Part shown: positions 1 through 8,108 of the stretch, one piece after another
Layout: each line of letters begins with the position of its first letter
Position numbering within the stretch: the first letter of the stretch is position 1
Source of the DNA: a virus
Taxonomy: Duplodnaviria; Caudoviricetes
Length of the DNA stretch: 37,621 nucleotides
Strand: one strand, 5' to 3'
IMG/VR virus record: IMGVR_UViG_3300037518_000033
Span: 1 to 37,621 of that record
Program-made: the position numbers and the translations under genes
Notes under the pieces: generated by a model
What the model saw: the letters and a program-made list of their open reading frames with translations, nothing else
Database searches by the model: none
Told to the model about the DNA's origin: nothing

Positions 1-119
1 ATATACTCATCCAAAGTATCTCTAATCATTGCCCACAACACCCGCTCCAACTCAGTCTCAAGTTTATACTGACTATGCCGCAATAATTCTTCTGCGCTTA
101 ATATGTTTAGTATACTCAT
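1..119 (-). CDS. Hypothetical phage protein, truncated at window edge (MSILNILSAEELLRHSQYKLETELERV...)
   Basis: ATG at 119 overlaps the stop of the upstream gene (ATGA coupling). Frame stays open to position 1. Not in the ORF track. Confidence 0.65.
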   Translation of the reverse strand, partial: MSILNILSAEELLRHSQYKLETELERVLWAMIRDTLDEY

Positions 120-301
120 TTCAAATCTCCCGTAAGTTGTCTCTTTCGCTGATAATCGGGATGATCTTCACTATTGCACCCTTTATCCACAGACCATCTC
201 GTAAATTCATTATTCAGCGCCACTAATCCGCACCTAACACAGTAAGATTTACCCGCTACTTTTCCTGTCATATTGTGTGGTTGGAATTTGTAATCACTCA
301 T
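116..301 (-). CDS. Small hypothetical protein with CxxC (possible Zn-binding)
   Basis: ORF track 116..313. GGAG RBS at 305-308 favours ATG 301 (MSDYKFQPH). CVRC plus later C and H. Confidence 0.65.
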   Translation of the reverse strand: MSDYKFQPHNMTGKVAGKSYCVRCGLVALNNEFTRWSVDKGCNSEDHPDYQRKRQLTGDLK

Positions 302-309
302 ATTCTCCT

Positions 310-546
310 TCATCCTTTACGATTCAACCTCAACACATTCTCTGCATAATACGCTATCTGTTCATCTCTTGGTGCAGTATTAGCTATACGAAGTATCAAC
401 TCAAGAGTTCTCATATAATGATCTGTCTCGTACTCCATCTTATCCAGCCGATTCAACCTCTCCAATATTTCCTCAACAGTCAGCGCCGCTCCATCTTCAA
501 GAATAGCTGCCCCATTGCGACAGACGCCTTGTGTGTATTTACTCAT
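310..546 (-). CDS. Hypothetical phage protein
   Basis: 78-aa ORF translationally coupled to the upstream gene; GGAG RBS. Confidence 0.7.
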   Translation of the reverse strand: MSKYTQGVCRNGAAILEDGAALTVEEILERLNRLDKMEYETDHYMRTLELILRIANTAPRDEQIAYYAENVLRLNRKG

Positions 547-947
547 ACAATCTGCTCCTTAATCCATTTGTACATTCTCTCCCAGCGTTCTTCTGGTGTT
601 TCTTCTCGCAAATAATATCCCCACTCATCATTCATGTATACAACCTCTTGAGCTAACGCTGTAGCGATATTAAATACTCCTGCCACTCTGTCTGCATCAT
701 ACGTATCAATCTTGCTCATATCAATGCCACGAGAATGTCCCAAGACACCTAGCGTGCAATACTCCCCGTTCTCCTCCAGAGCATCCTTAGTCAATTTCTT
801 CTCAGGCATTGCTTCCATTGCCACTAGAAGCTCCTTAAAGAATGATTGCCCACGTTTACCCTTAGTTGCCGAGTTGACCGCTCCTCTCCAGCGAACTAAG
901 TCCCAAGTATCTAAATCTAAGTCGTCACTATAGCCGCTTCTGCTCAT
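543..947 (-). CDS. Conserved phage/prophage protein of unknown function (MSRSGYSDD...WRGAV...GKRGQ type)
   Basis: 134-aa ORF with GGAG RBS and ATGA overlaps. The N-terminus resembles a recurrent phage hypothetical family (from memory). Confidence 0.75.
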   Translation of the reverse strand: MSRSGYSDDLDLDTWDLVRWRGAVNSATKGKRGQSFFKELLVAMEAMPEKKLTKDALEENGEYCTLGVLGHSRGIDMSKIDTYDADRVAGVFNIATALAQEVVYMNDEWGYYLREETPEERWERMYKWIKEQIV

Positions 948-1186
948 AGTTTATTCTCCTCTAACTCTTTCTGCAAATCATCAATGTAATCTTCTACGTC
1001 TTCTGCGAAAAAAAAGCAATCGTAGCGATAATCCCATTGCCACATCTCCTTGATTTTCTTAGCCGCCTCAATCTTCCATTTCAACTCCATCTGCTTCATT
1101 AGTCTGCTTATTTTATTTGCTGGGTTATCACCCGCTGCAACCTCTGATCCGTAAGCCCAGTTTGGTATTTCTATAGTATCTACCAT
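944..1186 (-). CDS. Hypothetical phage protein
   Basis: 80-aa ORF; GAGGAG RBS at 1195-1200. Confidence 0.7.
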   Translation of the reverse strand: MVDTIEIPNWAYGSEVAAGDNPANKISRLMKQMELKWKIEAAKKIKEMWQWDYRYDCFFFAEDVEDYIDDLQKELEENKL

Positions 1187-1212
1187 AATTTATTCTCCTC
1201 TATAAATTAAAA

Positions 1213-1250
1213 TGTTCCATAACACGAGTCTTCACCAATATTATGGAACA
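1213..1250. repeat. Perfect 10-bp inverted repeat (TGTTCCATAA/TTATGGAACA) with 18-nt spacer, downstream of thyX
   Basis: Arms read directly at 1213-1222 and 1241-1250. Confidence 0.7.
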
Positions 1251-1268
1251 AAGTGTCACCAGCTCTTA

Positions 1269-2234
1269 CTAAGTGGTGGCGTTATGTTCATATTTATCAC
1301 AGACATTATCTTTAATGAGCTGCCGGTACTGCACCCATCCTTTAAAGTTTCCGCTCCAACAATTACGCTTAAAATCTGAGTGTGTTGTACCTTCCTCAAA
1401 TCCGCAAGCATCATCTGTAGGAAATACCAGAGGGCTTGCCTGATGTTCAAAGGGGCTGGCGTGGACTGGCTTACTTTCCACCAATCTATCATAAATCATA
1501 ATGGCTTTGTCAAGGCTGTCATCCAGCAAGCGATAACTCACTTGAGCGCAACATGACGCTGACACTTTCTGCGCATCTTCCAGATTAATCTCATCACTCT
1601 CAAACGGAACACCTGTGAAATAGTATTGCAATCCCGTATCCATACACTCGGCTGTCTGTACGTAAGGAAGGTGCCACTGTTTAGCTTTCAACTTCTTTGG
1701 AACACTCTGCTCTCGTGCTTGATACATACAACCAGCAAGCTCTTTAATTTCCGGCTGGGCGTCAGTGTGACAACGGAGGTAGAAGAAGTTATCCCACTCA
1801 GTTGCTGTTACTACTGTTTTCATAATCTGAAATGGTTCTAGGATACGATTGACTATTTGTTTAGCATAGTCAGCGTCCTTAAACTCTTCAGCAAATCGAG
1901 CAGCGCTTAACGCAGACAACTTCCACCATTCTTCTTTTGAATACATACCTATTTTATTATCACACTCCTCATCAGCCCGCATCCCTCTTTGATTCTTACC
2001 CCAATGAATTGGCATAGCAGGATTATTACGAACTTGATCAATCGTTTTCTCAATAGGAACCGCTCGACTACTCATAGCATTACGTGAGAGTAGTCGATGG
2101 GTCATAAGCTCTGAGTGAATGAAGCGATTATACTCCAATTCAAACGTAGTGATACGTCGACCATTCTCTGAAATGCTGTCTGCAATAATCTTTGCGCTGA
2201 TACATCCTTTACCTTTTACTTCAATCATTATCAA
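1269..2234 (-). CDS. thyX: Flavin-dependent thymidylate synthase (ThyX/Thy1 family)
   Basis: SELMTHRLLSRNAMSSRA matches the ThyX RHRx7SxR signature (first R is T). Also NRILEPF, NFFYLR..DAQPEI and HASPFEH, typical of phage Thy1. Confidence 0.88.
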   Translation of the reverse strand: MIMIEVKGKGCISAKIIADSISENGRRITTFELEYNRFIHSELMTHRLLSRNAMSSRAVPIEKTIDQVRNNPAMPIHWGKNQRGMRADEECDNKIGMYSKEEWWKLSALSAARFAEEFKDADYAKQIVNRILEPFQIMKTVVTATEWDNFFYLRCHTDAQPEIKELAGCMYQAREQSVPKKLKAKQWHLPYVQTAECMDTGLQYYFTGVPFESDEINLEDAQKVSASCCAQVSYRLLDDSLDKAIMIYDRLVESKPVHASPFEHQASPLVFPTDDACGFEEGTTHSDFKRNCWSGNFKGWVQYRQLIKDNVCDKYEHNATT

Positions 2235-2637
2235 TCACCTCCAGTTTCCATCCCTCATTATCACACCACTCTTTAATGTTCACGTCTTCCTCCAAATCAT
2301 AAAACGGAATAAACTTATCTCCAGTCTCAGTGATATAATCTTCTGTCAGTGATTCCAACCAGTATGTTCCTCTGTTCTTATATACTTTGAACTCAACGCT
2401 AATATCTTCGTGCAGAACTCGCAGTGTATCCCCAACACACACTTCCTGCCCATTACTATCCAGCACACCAATCTGCTCAGCATATACAACGTGACAAGGA
2501 AGCAATGCATCAATATCTTCCTCAGACACATCTTCCCCTGCTTGAGCTTTACTGAGAACATCCATAACACTTTCTGGAAGGTCATATGCTCCGGCTATCT
2601 GATATAGAGTTGCATAAAGTTGTTGATGGTTTGTCAT
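2221..2637 (-). CDS. Hypothetical protein with YopX-like C-terminal half
   Basis: EQIGVLDSNGQEVCVGDTL resembles the YopX QxTGLKDKNGxEIYEGDI motif. ATG 2637 follows a GGGGA RBS. Confidence 0.6.
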   Translation of the reverse strand: MTNHQQLYATLYQIAGAYDLPESVMDVLSKAQAGEDVSEEDIDALLPCHVVYAEQIGVLDSNGQEVCVGDTLRVLHEDISVEFKVYKNRGTYWLESLTEDYITETGDKFIPFYDLEEDVNIKEWCDNEGWKLEVIDND

Positions 2638-2639
2638 AA

Positions 2640-2816
2640 TCAATCCCCCTGTTTATCCTGAAACTTGATAGTCAACGTCTTTACTCCAGACTCTTCCGCT
2701 ACAACGAACCCAGTATGATTGTAATCATAATCCAGCTCATTATTGTAACTAACATTAGTGATAGAATATCCTCCTTTTTCTACTTCAGCTATTATCTTAG
2801 ATATTTCTATATCCAT
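2640..2816 (-). CDS. Small hypothetical protein (58 aa, MDIEISKIIAEVEKGG...)
   Basis: Translated by hand; GGAG RBS; fills a gap in the operon. Confidence 0.65.
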   Translation of the reverse strand: MDIEISKIIAEVEKGGYSITNVSYNNELDYDYNHTGFVVAEESGVKTLTIKFQDKQGD

Positions 2817-2826
2817 AATATAACTC

Positions 2827-3000
2827 CTAATTAATCCTACAAATAAAAATGATAGTCATTGGTGTTTCGTATTGTTCTGTCCAATACTTTTCAAAGCGTT
2901 CTAGTTTACTATCATAAACCCATTGGTATTCTTCTCTAACATAAAGCCCGTCTGAGCCAGCTAGTGTAATACTGTAGTATTTTCCTTCTTTGAATTTCAT
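2827..3000 (-). CDS. Small hypothetical protein (57 aa, MKFKEGKYYSIT...)
   Basis: Translated by hand; GGGGAG RBS at 3006-3011. Confidence 0.6.
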   Translation of the reverse strand: MKFKEGKYYSITLAGSDGLYVREEYQWVYDSKLERFEKYWTEQYETPMTIIFICRIN

Positions 3001-3040
3001 AATCACTCCCCTATATTAATATTACAAATAAAAATAATAG

Positions 3041-3676
3041 TTATAGTCTCCCGGTCTTTCTACTCATATTAATATCAGATCGTAGTTTATTGATAATCCG
3101 GGTGATACCTTCTCTAATCCTACTGTCAATCTCACCTAGGGTCAATAATAAATCAATAGCCAACTTTAATTTAGCTTGCTGCCAATGTTTGTGTGCTTCC
3201 AAAGGGCAATCGAAAAGACCCAAGTGTTTACGATTACCACTCTGGTTGATGCGCGCCACGAACCTGCCACCTGATGTATGAAAAGTAACACCGAGGGGGT
3301 AGTCACCTCTCCTGTTTCCGTGATCATTAATAAAACTATTAATCTTATTATCAATAAATGCACAACTGTAGGGCGAATACACCTTGTTACCAGAGATAAG
3401 GAAATCCTTATCCAAACACTTGCCTTCCCAATCTTGTGTCATCATCCAAGCCCGAAAGGTCATAAAATATTTCCATTCGTCACAGACTGTGCAATCAGTG
3501 TATGTGGGGTGTGTCTTATGTAAAGTCTCTGAGTAGCACCTCATCAACATATTTCTCCACACCATGTAATAAGGACACCACACCACTTCGCCATTGATAG
3601 TTGGTTGAACGGTATAATCAGCATCATTTATCCCCACCCCATACACCAACTTACCACTTTTTCTTATCTTTCGCAT
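3041..3676 (-). CDS. Free-standing HNH-type homing endonuclease with C-terminal AP2-like DNA-binding domain
   Basis: VYGVGINDA, WRNMLMRCY, YTDCTVCDEW..F..F..W, LDKD...GNKVYSP..CAF...IN, then PLGV...FVARI...KHLGLF...EAH. Confidence 0.8.
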   Translation of the reverse strand: MRKIRKSGKLVYGVGINDADYTVQPTINGEVVWCPYYMVWRNMLMRCYSETLHKTHPTYTDCTVCDEWKYFMTFRAWMMTQDWEGKCLDKDFLISGNKVYSPYSCAFIDNKINSFINDHGNRRGDYPLGVTFHTSGGRFVARINQSGNRKHLGLFDCPLEAHKHWQQAKLKLAIDLLLTLGEIDSRIREGITRIINKLRSDINMSRKTGRL

Positions 3677-3678
3677 AC

Positions 3679-4146
3679 TCAGTTTCCGCTGTTAATCTTA
3701 TAATCAGGATGATACCCAAGGATACCTGTCTCATAATCCGGGTGATTTGTAATATCATCTCCACACGTAACACCTTCTAGGGTCATAAAGCGGTCATAAT
3801 ACTTCTTACCTTCTTTACCATTATTGGGGTCGTACACTCTGCATAAACCTCCTTCTACGCGTAGGTCTACCACAACGTAGTGACTCAATCCCGGTACATT
3901 CTTACTTGGCACAGATAGTAGATATATACAATCATTTTCTAATGTGTGCTCACAGGTACATGCTTCAACTGTCAATCCCTTACTTCTGAGGTATGCACTC
4001 ACCTCAATTTCACCAGACATATAACCTTCATGAAATTCTTCTACAATTTCATCTACTGGTCTATCTAGGATCACAGCAATGCAAGTACTTGCGCAGGTGT
4101 TCCACGTTGGTTGGTGCTGGTGTATTAGCGGATATTGTATTTTCAT
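3679..4146 (-). CDS. Peptidase C39-like (papain-fold) cysteine protease
   Basis: Q..TWNTCASTC (nucleophile Cys), SHYVVVD (His) and VYDP (Asp) in C39-like order. Confidence 0.65.
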   Translation of the reverse strand: MKIQYPLIHQHQPTWNTCASTCIAVILDRPVDEIVEEFHEGYMSGEIEVSAYLRSKGLTVEACTCEHTLENDCIYLLSVPSKNVPGLSHYVVVDLRVEGGLCRVYDPNNGKEGKKYYDRFMTLEGVTCGDDITNHPDYETGILGYHPDYKINSGN

Positions 4147-4148
4147 AA

Positions 4149-4367
4149 CTAACTCTCCCGGATTAACATGCTTAATGGTTCATGCCGTGTACCCTCAACT
4201 TTACTTATCCAATTACAGCCGCGCCAACGCTCAGATGCCCATGTATATCGTATCCTGTGATCATCACCAAACTTCAACATACCATCATAATCTACAGCAG
4301 CTACAACGACACCTCTTGGTTGATCTTCGAATACACTTTGATCAAGTTCTCGTTTAACCATAATCAC
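4149..4367 (-). CDS. Hypothetical phage protein
   Basis: 72-aa ORF coupled to neighbours (AAVDYDG motif). Confidence 0.65.
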   Translation of the reverse strand: MIMVKRELDQSVFEDQPRGVVVAAVDYDGMLKFGDDHRIRYTWASERWRGCNWISKVEGTRHEPLSMLIRES

Positions 4368-4579
4368 TGCACTCCCGTTTTAGATTCAAGTTTTTCTGCC
4401 AGCAACATATGCTCTACTCCACTAATAGCTTGAGGTAAATACTTACGCCAATTTGCATGTATTACCTTTCTATACAACTCAACATCAAGAGGTTCATCCA
4501 GTTGTTGTATAGCTACAGCACTACACATGAAAATAGCCAAGCTCTCAATTGTCATTGTAACCTCGGTACTTTCATCCAT
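4364..4579 (-). CDS. Hypothetical phage protein
   Basis: 71-aa ORF; GGGAG RBS. Confidence 0.65.
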   Translation of the reverse strand: MDESTEVTMTIESLAIFMCSAVAIQQLDEPLDVELYRKVIHANWRKYLPQAISGVEHMLLAEKLESKTGVQ

Positions 4580-4580
4580 A

Positions 4581-5330
4581 TTAAAACTCTCCCACTTTGC
4601 TCACTTCATATCCATCAGGAAGCATTGTATTAATCTTTTCGAGCAAGTCTCTCTTACGGTCTACAAGGTTTGTGAAGCTATCACGGTTTAGGTGAATCTG
4701 CGCTTCTATCTGTTTTAGTTGTGTAAATATATCACCGGGAGTATTTTCTACTGTACTTTTGGTAAAGTTATAATCGGGTAGATTCATACTCAGTGGTTGT
4801 GGAGATTCACGCTTCTTGAGCAGTTCTGTGAGAAAATCAGCGCCTAGTTCTTCGGCAGTACCAATTGGATAATTATCACCACATTTATTACTAACCTCAT
4901 TACCCTCCTGATATTTAACACCATCTTCGATAATACGATATGCAATAACATCTCCACACCAACCTTCTCCATCCGACCAGTCGAACTGATCCGAGAAACC
5001 ACGCTCTCTATCACCGTCCCGCATAACAATCTCAACCTCCTTACCAACAGCATCTTCTGGTATTTCTCCTGTCAGCTCGATCCCTTTGAATCCTTGCTCC
5101 CAAAGTTCAGCTGGCATATAGAAGGTTATATCTCCACCAAAACCTACATGATTCCAGCGTATTGCTTTAGAATCACATCTGCTAACGAAATCACTACTTG
5201 TTGCAAAGAATACATCCCCTTTACAAGGCGCGCCGTTACCGTCATATTCATATTCTCCCCCATCAGGAGCCGTGAAGCCTTTGTATGGAATCATATCAGC
5301 TATAGTGGGTTTAGTTTTAATCTCTTGCAT
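4581..5330 (-). CDS. Hypothetical acidic phage protein with two W-x(4-6)-GD(I/V) repeat-like units and C-terminal coiled coil
   Basis: 249-aa ORF; RWNHVGFGGDITFY and DWSDGEGWCGDVIAY; GAGGA RBS. Confidence 0.7.
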   Translation of the reverse strand: MQEIKTKPTIADMIPYKGFTAPDGGEYEYDGNGAPCKGDVFFATSSDFVSRCDSKAIRWNHVGFGGDITFYMPAELWEQGFKGIELTGEIPEDAVGKEVEIVMRDGDRERGFSDQFDWSDGEGWCGDVIAYRIIEDGVKYQEGNEVSNKCGDNYPIGTAEELGADFLTELLKKRESPQPLSMNLPDYNFTKSTVENTPGDIFTQLKQIEAQIHLNRDSFTNLVDRKRDLLEKINTMLPDGYEVSKVGEF

Positions 5331-5348
5331 AATATTGTCCTCATCTAA

Positions 5349-5705
5349 TTAAACAAACAGTTGAATCAAGTAGCCAATACCTAGGGCAGCAATAGGATAT
5401 AGGGTTCTACTTGCCATGGCGGTGCCTTTCGTCATACCAAGCTCAGACTTATCCAGCGCGCTAAATACATCCAGCATCTGAGTAGGCATTGTCATATACG
5501 TAGCTGTCATATACAAGCCTGCTCCAATCATAATACTGATTGAGGGTGCTCCTAGTGATGCTACGAACCCAATCATAATACTGATTGAGGGTGCTCCTAG
5601 TGGTGTTACGAACCACTCCCACAACATCATTGCTGTAAATCCGTTGATGGCTACTAGTGCTACCACCAATACGATATAACCTATCACCTCAAGAAACTTC
5701 TTCAT
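5349..5705 (-). CDS. Membrane protein (about 3 TM) with a 15-aa internal duplication
   Basis: Hydrophobic 118-aa ORF with GGAGG RBS; first gene after the leftward promoter. LGAPSISIMIG occurs twice. Confidence 0.75.
   Translation of the reverse strand: MKKFLEVIGYIVLVVALVAINGFTAMMLWEWFVTPLGAPSISIMIGFVASLGAPSISIMIGAGLYMTATYMTMPTQMLDVFSALDKSELGMTKGTAMASRTLYPIAALGIGYLIQLFV
5524..5614. repeat. 45-bp in-frame tandem duplication
   Basis: CCAATCATAATACTGATTGAGGGTGCTCCTAGTG..CGAACC at 5524 and 5569, with two mismatches. Confidence 0.9.
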
Positions 5706-5739
5706 GTATTGCCTCCAATTGATTTAAATATCAGAACGC

Positions 5740-5768
5740 ATACTACCACACCCTATTATCCATGTCAA
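5740..5768 (-). promoter_or_regulatory. Sigma70-type leftward promoter (extended -10)
   Basis: Minus strand reads TTGACA (5768-5763), 17-nt spacer ending TGG, TAGTAT (5745-5740); about 35 nt upstream of the 5705 start. Confidence 0.8.
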
Positions 5769-5875
5769 TATCATGCCTAGTATTACCCTTAAATACCTCA
5801 ATCAATTCTAATAAGCCTAGAATGACCCACAAGGGGTGTTAGAGGATACCCGGTAGGGTAGGATGGGTAAGAGGC

Positions 5876-5895
5876 TTAAAGTGGCTCTACGGGCT
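5876..5895 (+). repeat. 20-bp motif TTAAAnnnGCT(C/G)TACGGGCT, copy 1 of 3
   Basis: TTAAAGTGGCTCTACGGGCT; the other copies are at 37193-37212 (-) and 37244-37263 (+). Confidence 0.7.
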
Positions 5896-6226
5896 GTACA
5901 GGAAGCGAGAGAAGGGGATATAGGAGAGAGATTAGGTGTGGATTGTTGTTGAAGGGATATTTGAGGTGATATTACCGCTGAGAATAGACACTTTCTAGGA
6001 GGATTTAGGCGACACGAAATACATTTCTGAATCGGTCGTAAGCCTTGTTGTTGTTGGGGTGTAGCTTGATTTTACTACATTTAGGTTCCGTATCCCTATA
6101 TGCCCTCTTATTTCTCTCCTATTCTTTATCTAAGTGCACTCCTGCAATACTACTTGTAATAGTAATAATAATACTGATATACTATACCCTCGACAACAAC
6201 ACTACAACAAGAGGAGAACGGAGTCA

Positions 6227-7588
6227 ATGTATTTGATAGATCATAAGATTCCTAAGTATCTCTATCCAGAAAGGGATATGTTATATAAGGAGTTCCTAAT
6301 GTACATGGAAAGAGTGCTACCTTATGGTAAGTTGACAGACAATAAGAAGTCCTTAATGTTGAAGGCTACTAATTGCTTTGTCTACAATGCTTGCTATAGA
6401 CTCAGGAACGGTAACAAGCAGATACCTGTCTGTCTGAGGAAAGTAACATACAGCCAACCCCTAATTTACAACTGTAGGGTGATGAGCAGTAACCGAAAGG
6501 TGAGTTACCAGTATTCGAGAGCATTGTTTGATTGCATTCATAATCTAGGTATAGGTGTATTAGTTAAAGGGCAGGTGCTAACGTGGAAGGATGGTGGCGC
6601 AAGTCCATCTGGTATGCTTCCTGATGAAACAGTAGAGAGTCATATTATCCTCAACGATGATTGGGAAGCGTTGTTCAGTGCTCACGCAGACAAGAAAGAG
6701 ATAGGGTTGCTCAAGAATGTATTGATAATGAAGGATAAGGATAAGAATATCATCACTGCTAAGATAGGTGAGGCTGAGCAGAAGTACATTGATATGTTGA
6801 ATGCCTATAATATCAACCTTATGGATTCGTCTATTGAGTTAGGTGGGATTGCTTATCATATTCAAGCATCTAAGACTTTCAGCAATTCAGAATTCAAATT
6901 TGGTGGTAGAACATACTTATCAGGAGTAGGAGGTTATATGTATATGTTACAGAAAGATAATAGGCCGCATATCCGTTTCAACGGAGAAGACACAGTGGAG
7001 ATTGATTTCGTATCCCTACACCCTCGGATGATTGCCGAGATTGAAGGGGAACAACTTGATTATGACTTCGACCCTTATGAGATTAGTATTGATACAGTTA
7101 CTCACACCTACGATAAGAAGATGGTGCGCAGTATTGCTAAAGTAGCGCTCTTACAAATGTTCTGTGCTGGCTCTCCTTTATCTGCTGCCAGAGCCTTGAA
7201 TAAGTTTATCCTAGATGATGTGAGAAATACGGAGACAGGGTTTATCGAGCAGGCCAAGAAAGAGGGTAAGCTACCTCAGAGTATCCCTACTAAAGAGATA
7301 ATAGACAAGCTATTACATCGTAATTCATATGCTATGAGGTACTTCTTTACTGAGTGTGGTCTGTCCCTACAAAATAAAGACAGCAAGATTATGGACTACT
7401 GTATTGATTATTTCAATCAGTCTGGTGAGATTATTCTACCGATCCATGATAGCTTGATTATCCGAGAAGGGTGTAAGGATGAGGCTATCCGAGTTATGAC
7501 GGATGCTTATGAACATATTATGGGTAGTAAGATGAATTGCAAGTTGAAAGTAGAATCAAAGAACTCTCCCCCCTTAAAACTGTCATAG
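6227..7588 (+). CDS. Stand-alone short family-A / T7-RNAP-like nucleotide polymerase (TV-Pol-like), no exonuclease or helicase domain evident
   Basis: GGRTY, motif A EIDFVSLHPR, motif B RSIAK, LQNKDSKI and motif C PIHDSL. GGAG RBS before ATG 6227 gives 453 aa; the track extension from 6134 is low-complexity. Confidence 0.7.
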   Translation: MYLIDHKIPKYLYPERDMLYKEFLMYMERVLPYGKLTDNKKSLMLKATNCFVYNACYRLRNGNKQIPVCLRKVTYSQPLIYNCRVMSSNRKVSYQYSRALFDCIHNLGIGVLVKGQVLTWKDGGASPSGMLPDETVESHIILNDDWEALFSAHADKKEIGLLKNVLIMKDKDKNIITAKIGEAEQKYIDMLNAYNINLMDSSIELGGIAYHIQASKTFSNSEFKFGGRTYLSGVGGYMYMLQKDNRPHIRFNGEDTVEIDFVSLHPRMIAEIEGEQLDYDFDPYEISIDTVTHTYDKKMVRSIAKVALLQMFCAGSPLSAARALNKFILDDVRNTETGFIEQAKKEGKLPQSIPTKEIIDKLLHRNSYAMRYFFTECGLSLQNKDSKIMDYCIDYFNQSGEIILPIHDSLIIREGCKDEAIRVMTDAYEHIMGSKMNCKLKVESKNSPPLKLS

Positions 7589-7590
7589 CT

Positions 7591-7714
7591 GCATCAACCT
7601 GATAAGCCTCTGAATATGCTCAAACAATCGGGTGATGCGACCTCTCACGCTTACTTTAAGGTCTGGTACTGACCAGTGTAGCTAACAGTACGACAGTAGC
7701 GCACCAGAGGGGTC
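7591..7714 (+). ncRNA. Candidate structured RNA / leader (two nested multi-stem domains)
   Basis: 7591-7603 pairs with 7627-7638, 7639-7645 with 7708-7714, and 7663-7667 with 7703-7707. Family not recognised. Confidence 0.4.
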
Positions 7715-7741
7715 ACTCTTTAATTCAACCGGAGGGTACTT

Positions 7742-7939
7742 ATGAGTTTTCTTGACAAGAGTGGTGTAGCAGAGTTGGATCAGTTAATTGATGAACTCGA
7801 AGCAGCTAATATTCTCGATGACGAGGGTGACCGTACTTGGCGTGTTAAGAGTAGGATTGCCGAAGAGCTAATACGCAAAGCATACCGTCTTGGTCAAGGT
7901 TCTACTATCCCTCCTTACCTAGTAGAAGATATTATTTAA
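7742..7939 (+). CDS. Small acidic hypothetical protein
   Basis: 65-aa ORF with strong GGAGG RBS. Confidence 0.75.
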   Translation: MSFLDKSGVAELDQLIDELEAANILDDEGDRTWRVKSRIAEELIRKAYRLGQGSTIPPYLVEDII

Positions 7940-8108
7940 GCAAGTGGTAGACGGGCTGGTTGTTCCCGATGGTGGTAACATAGATTCGATAAGACCTTCA
8001 TAGGGTTAGAGTGTAGGCCACTGAATAAACAAGAAGGCGGTGATTAACAAGTTCATCAATTACTCAGTACCCCCGCTGAGGCCGAAAGAGGGGGATTACT
8101 TCTTTCAA

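Noticed and set aside
1008-1015. A8 homopolymer as a phase-variation or frameshift site
   Set aside because: It reads in frame as Phe codons of an intact ORF; no alternative product is evident.
5524-5614. CRISPR-like repeat
   Set aside because: Only two directly adjacent copies, in frame within a gene, with no spacers or cas genes.
5853-5868. G-quadruplex GGTAGGGTAGGATGGG
   Set aside because: Only two of the four runs have three G; at best a weak two-tier structure.
6134-6226. N-terminal extension of the polymerase ORF given in the track
   Set aside because: Low-complexity sequence without an RBS; ATG 6227 has a good GGAG.
7598-7626. Hammerhead-like CTGATAAG...CTCAAAC
   Set aside because: The core deviates from CUGANGA and GAAA at invariant positions.
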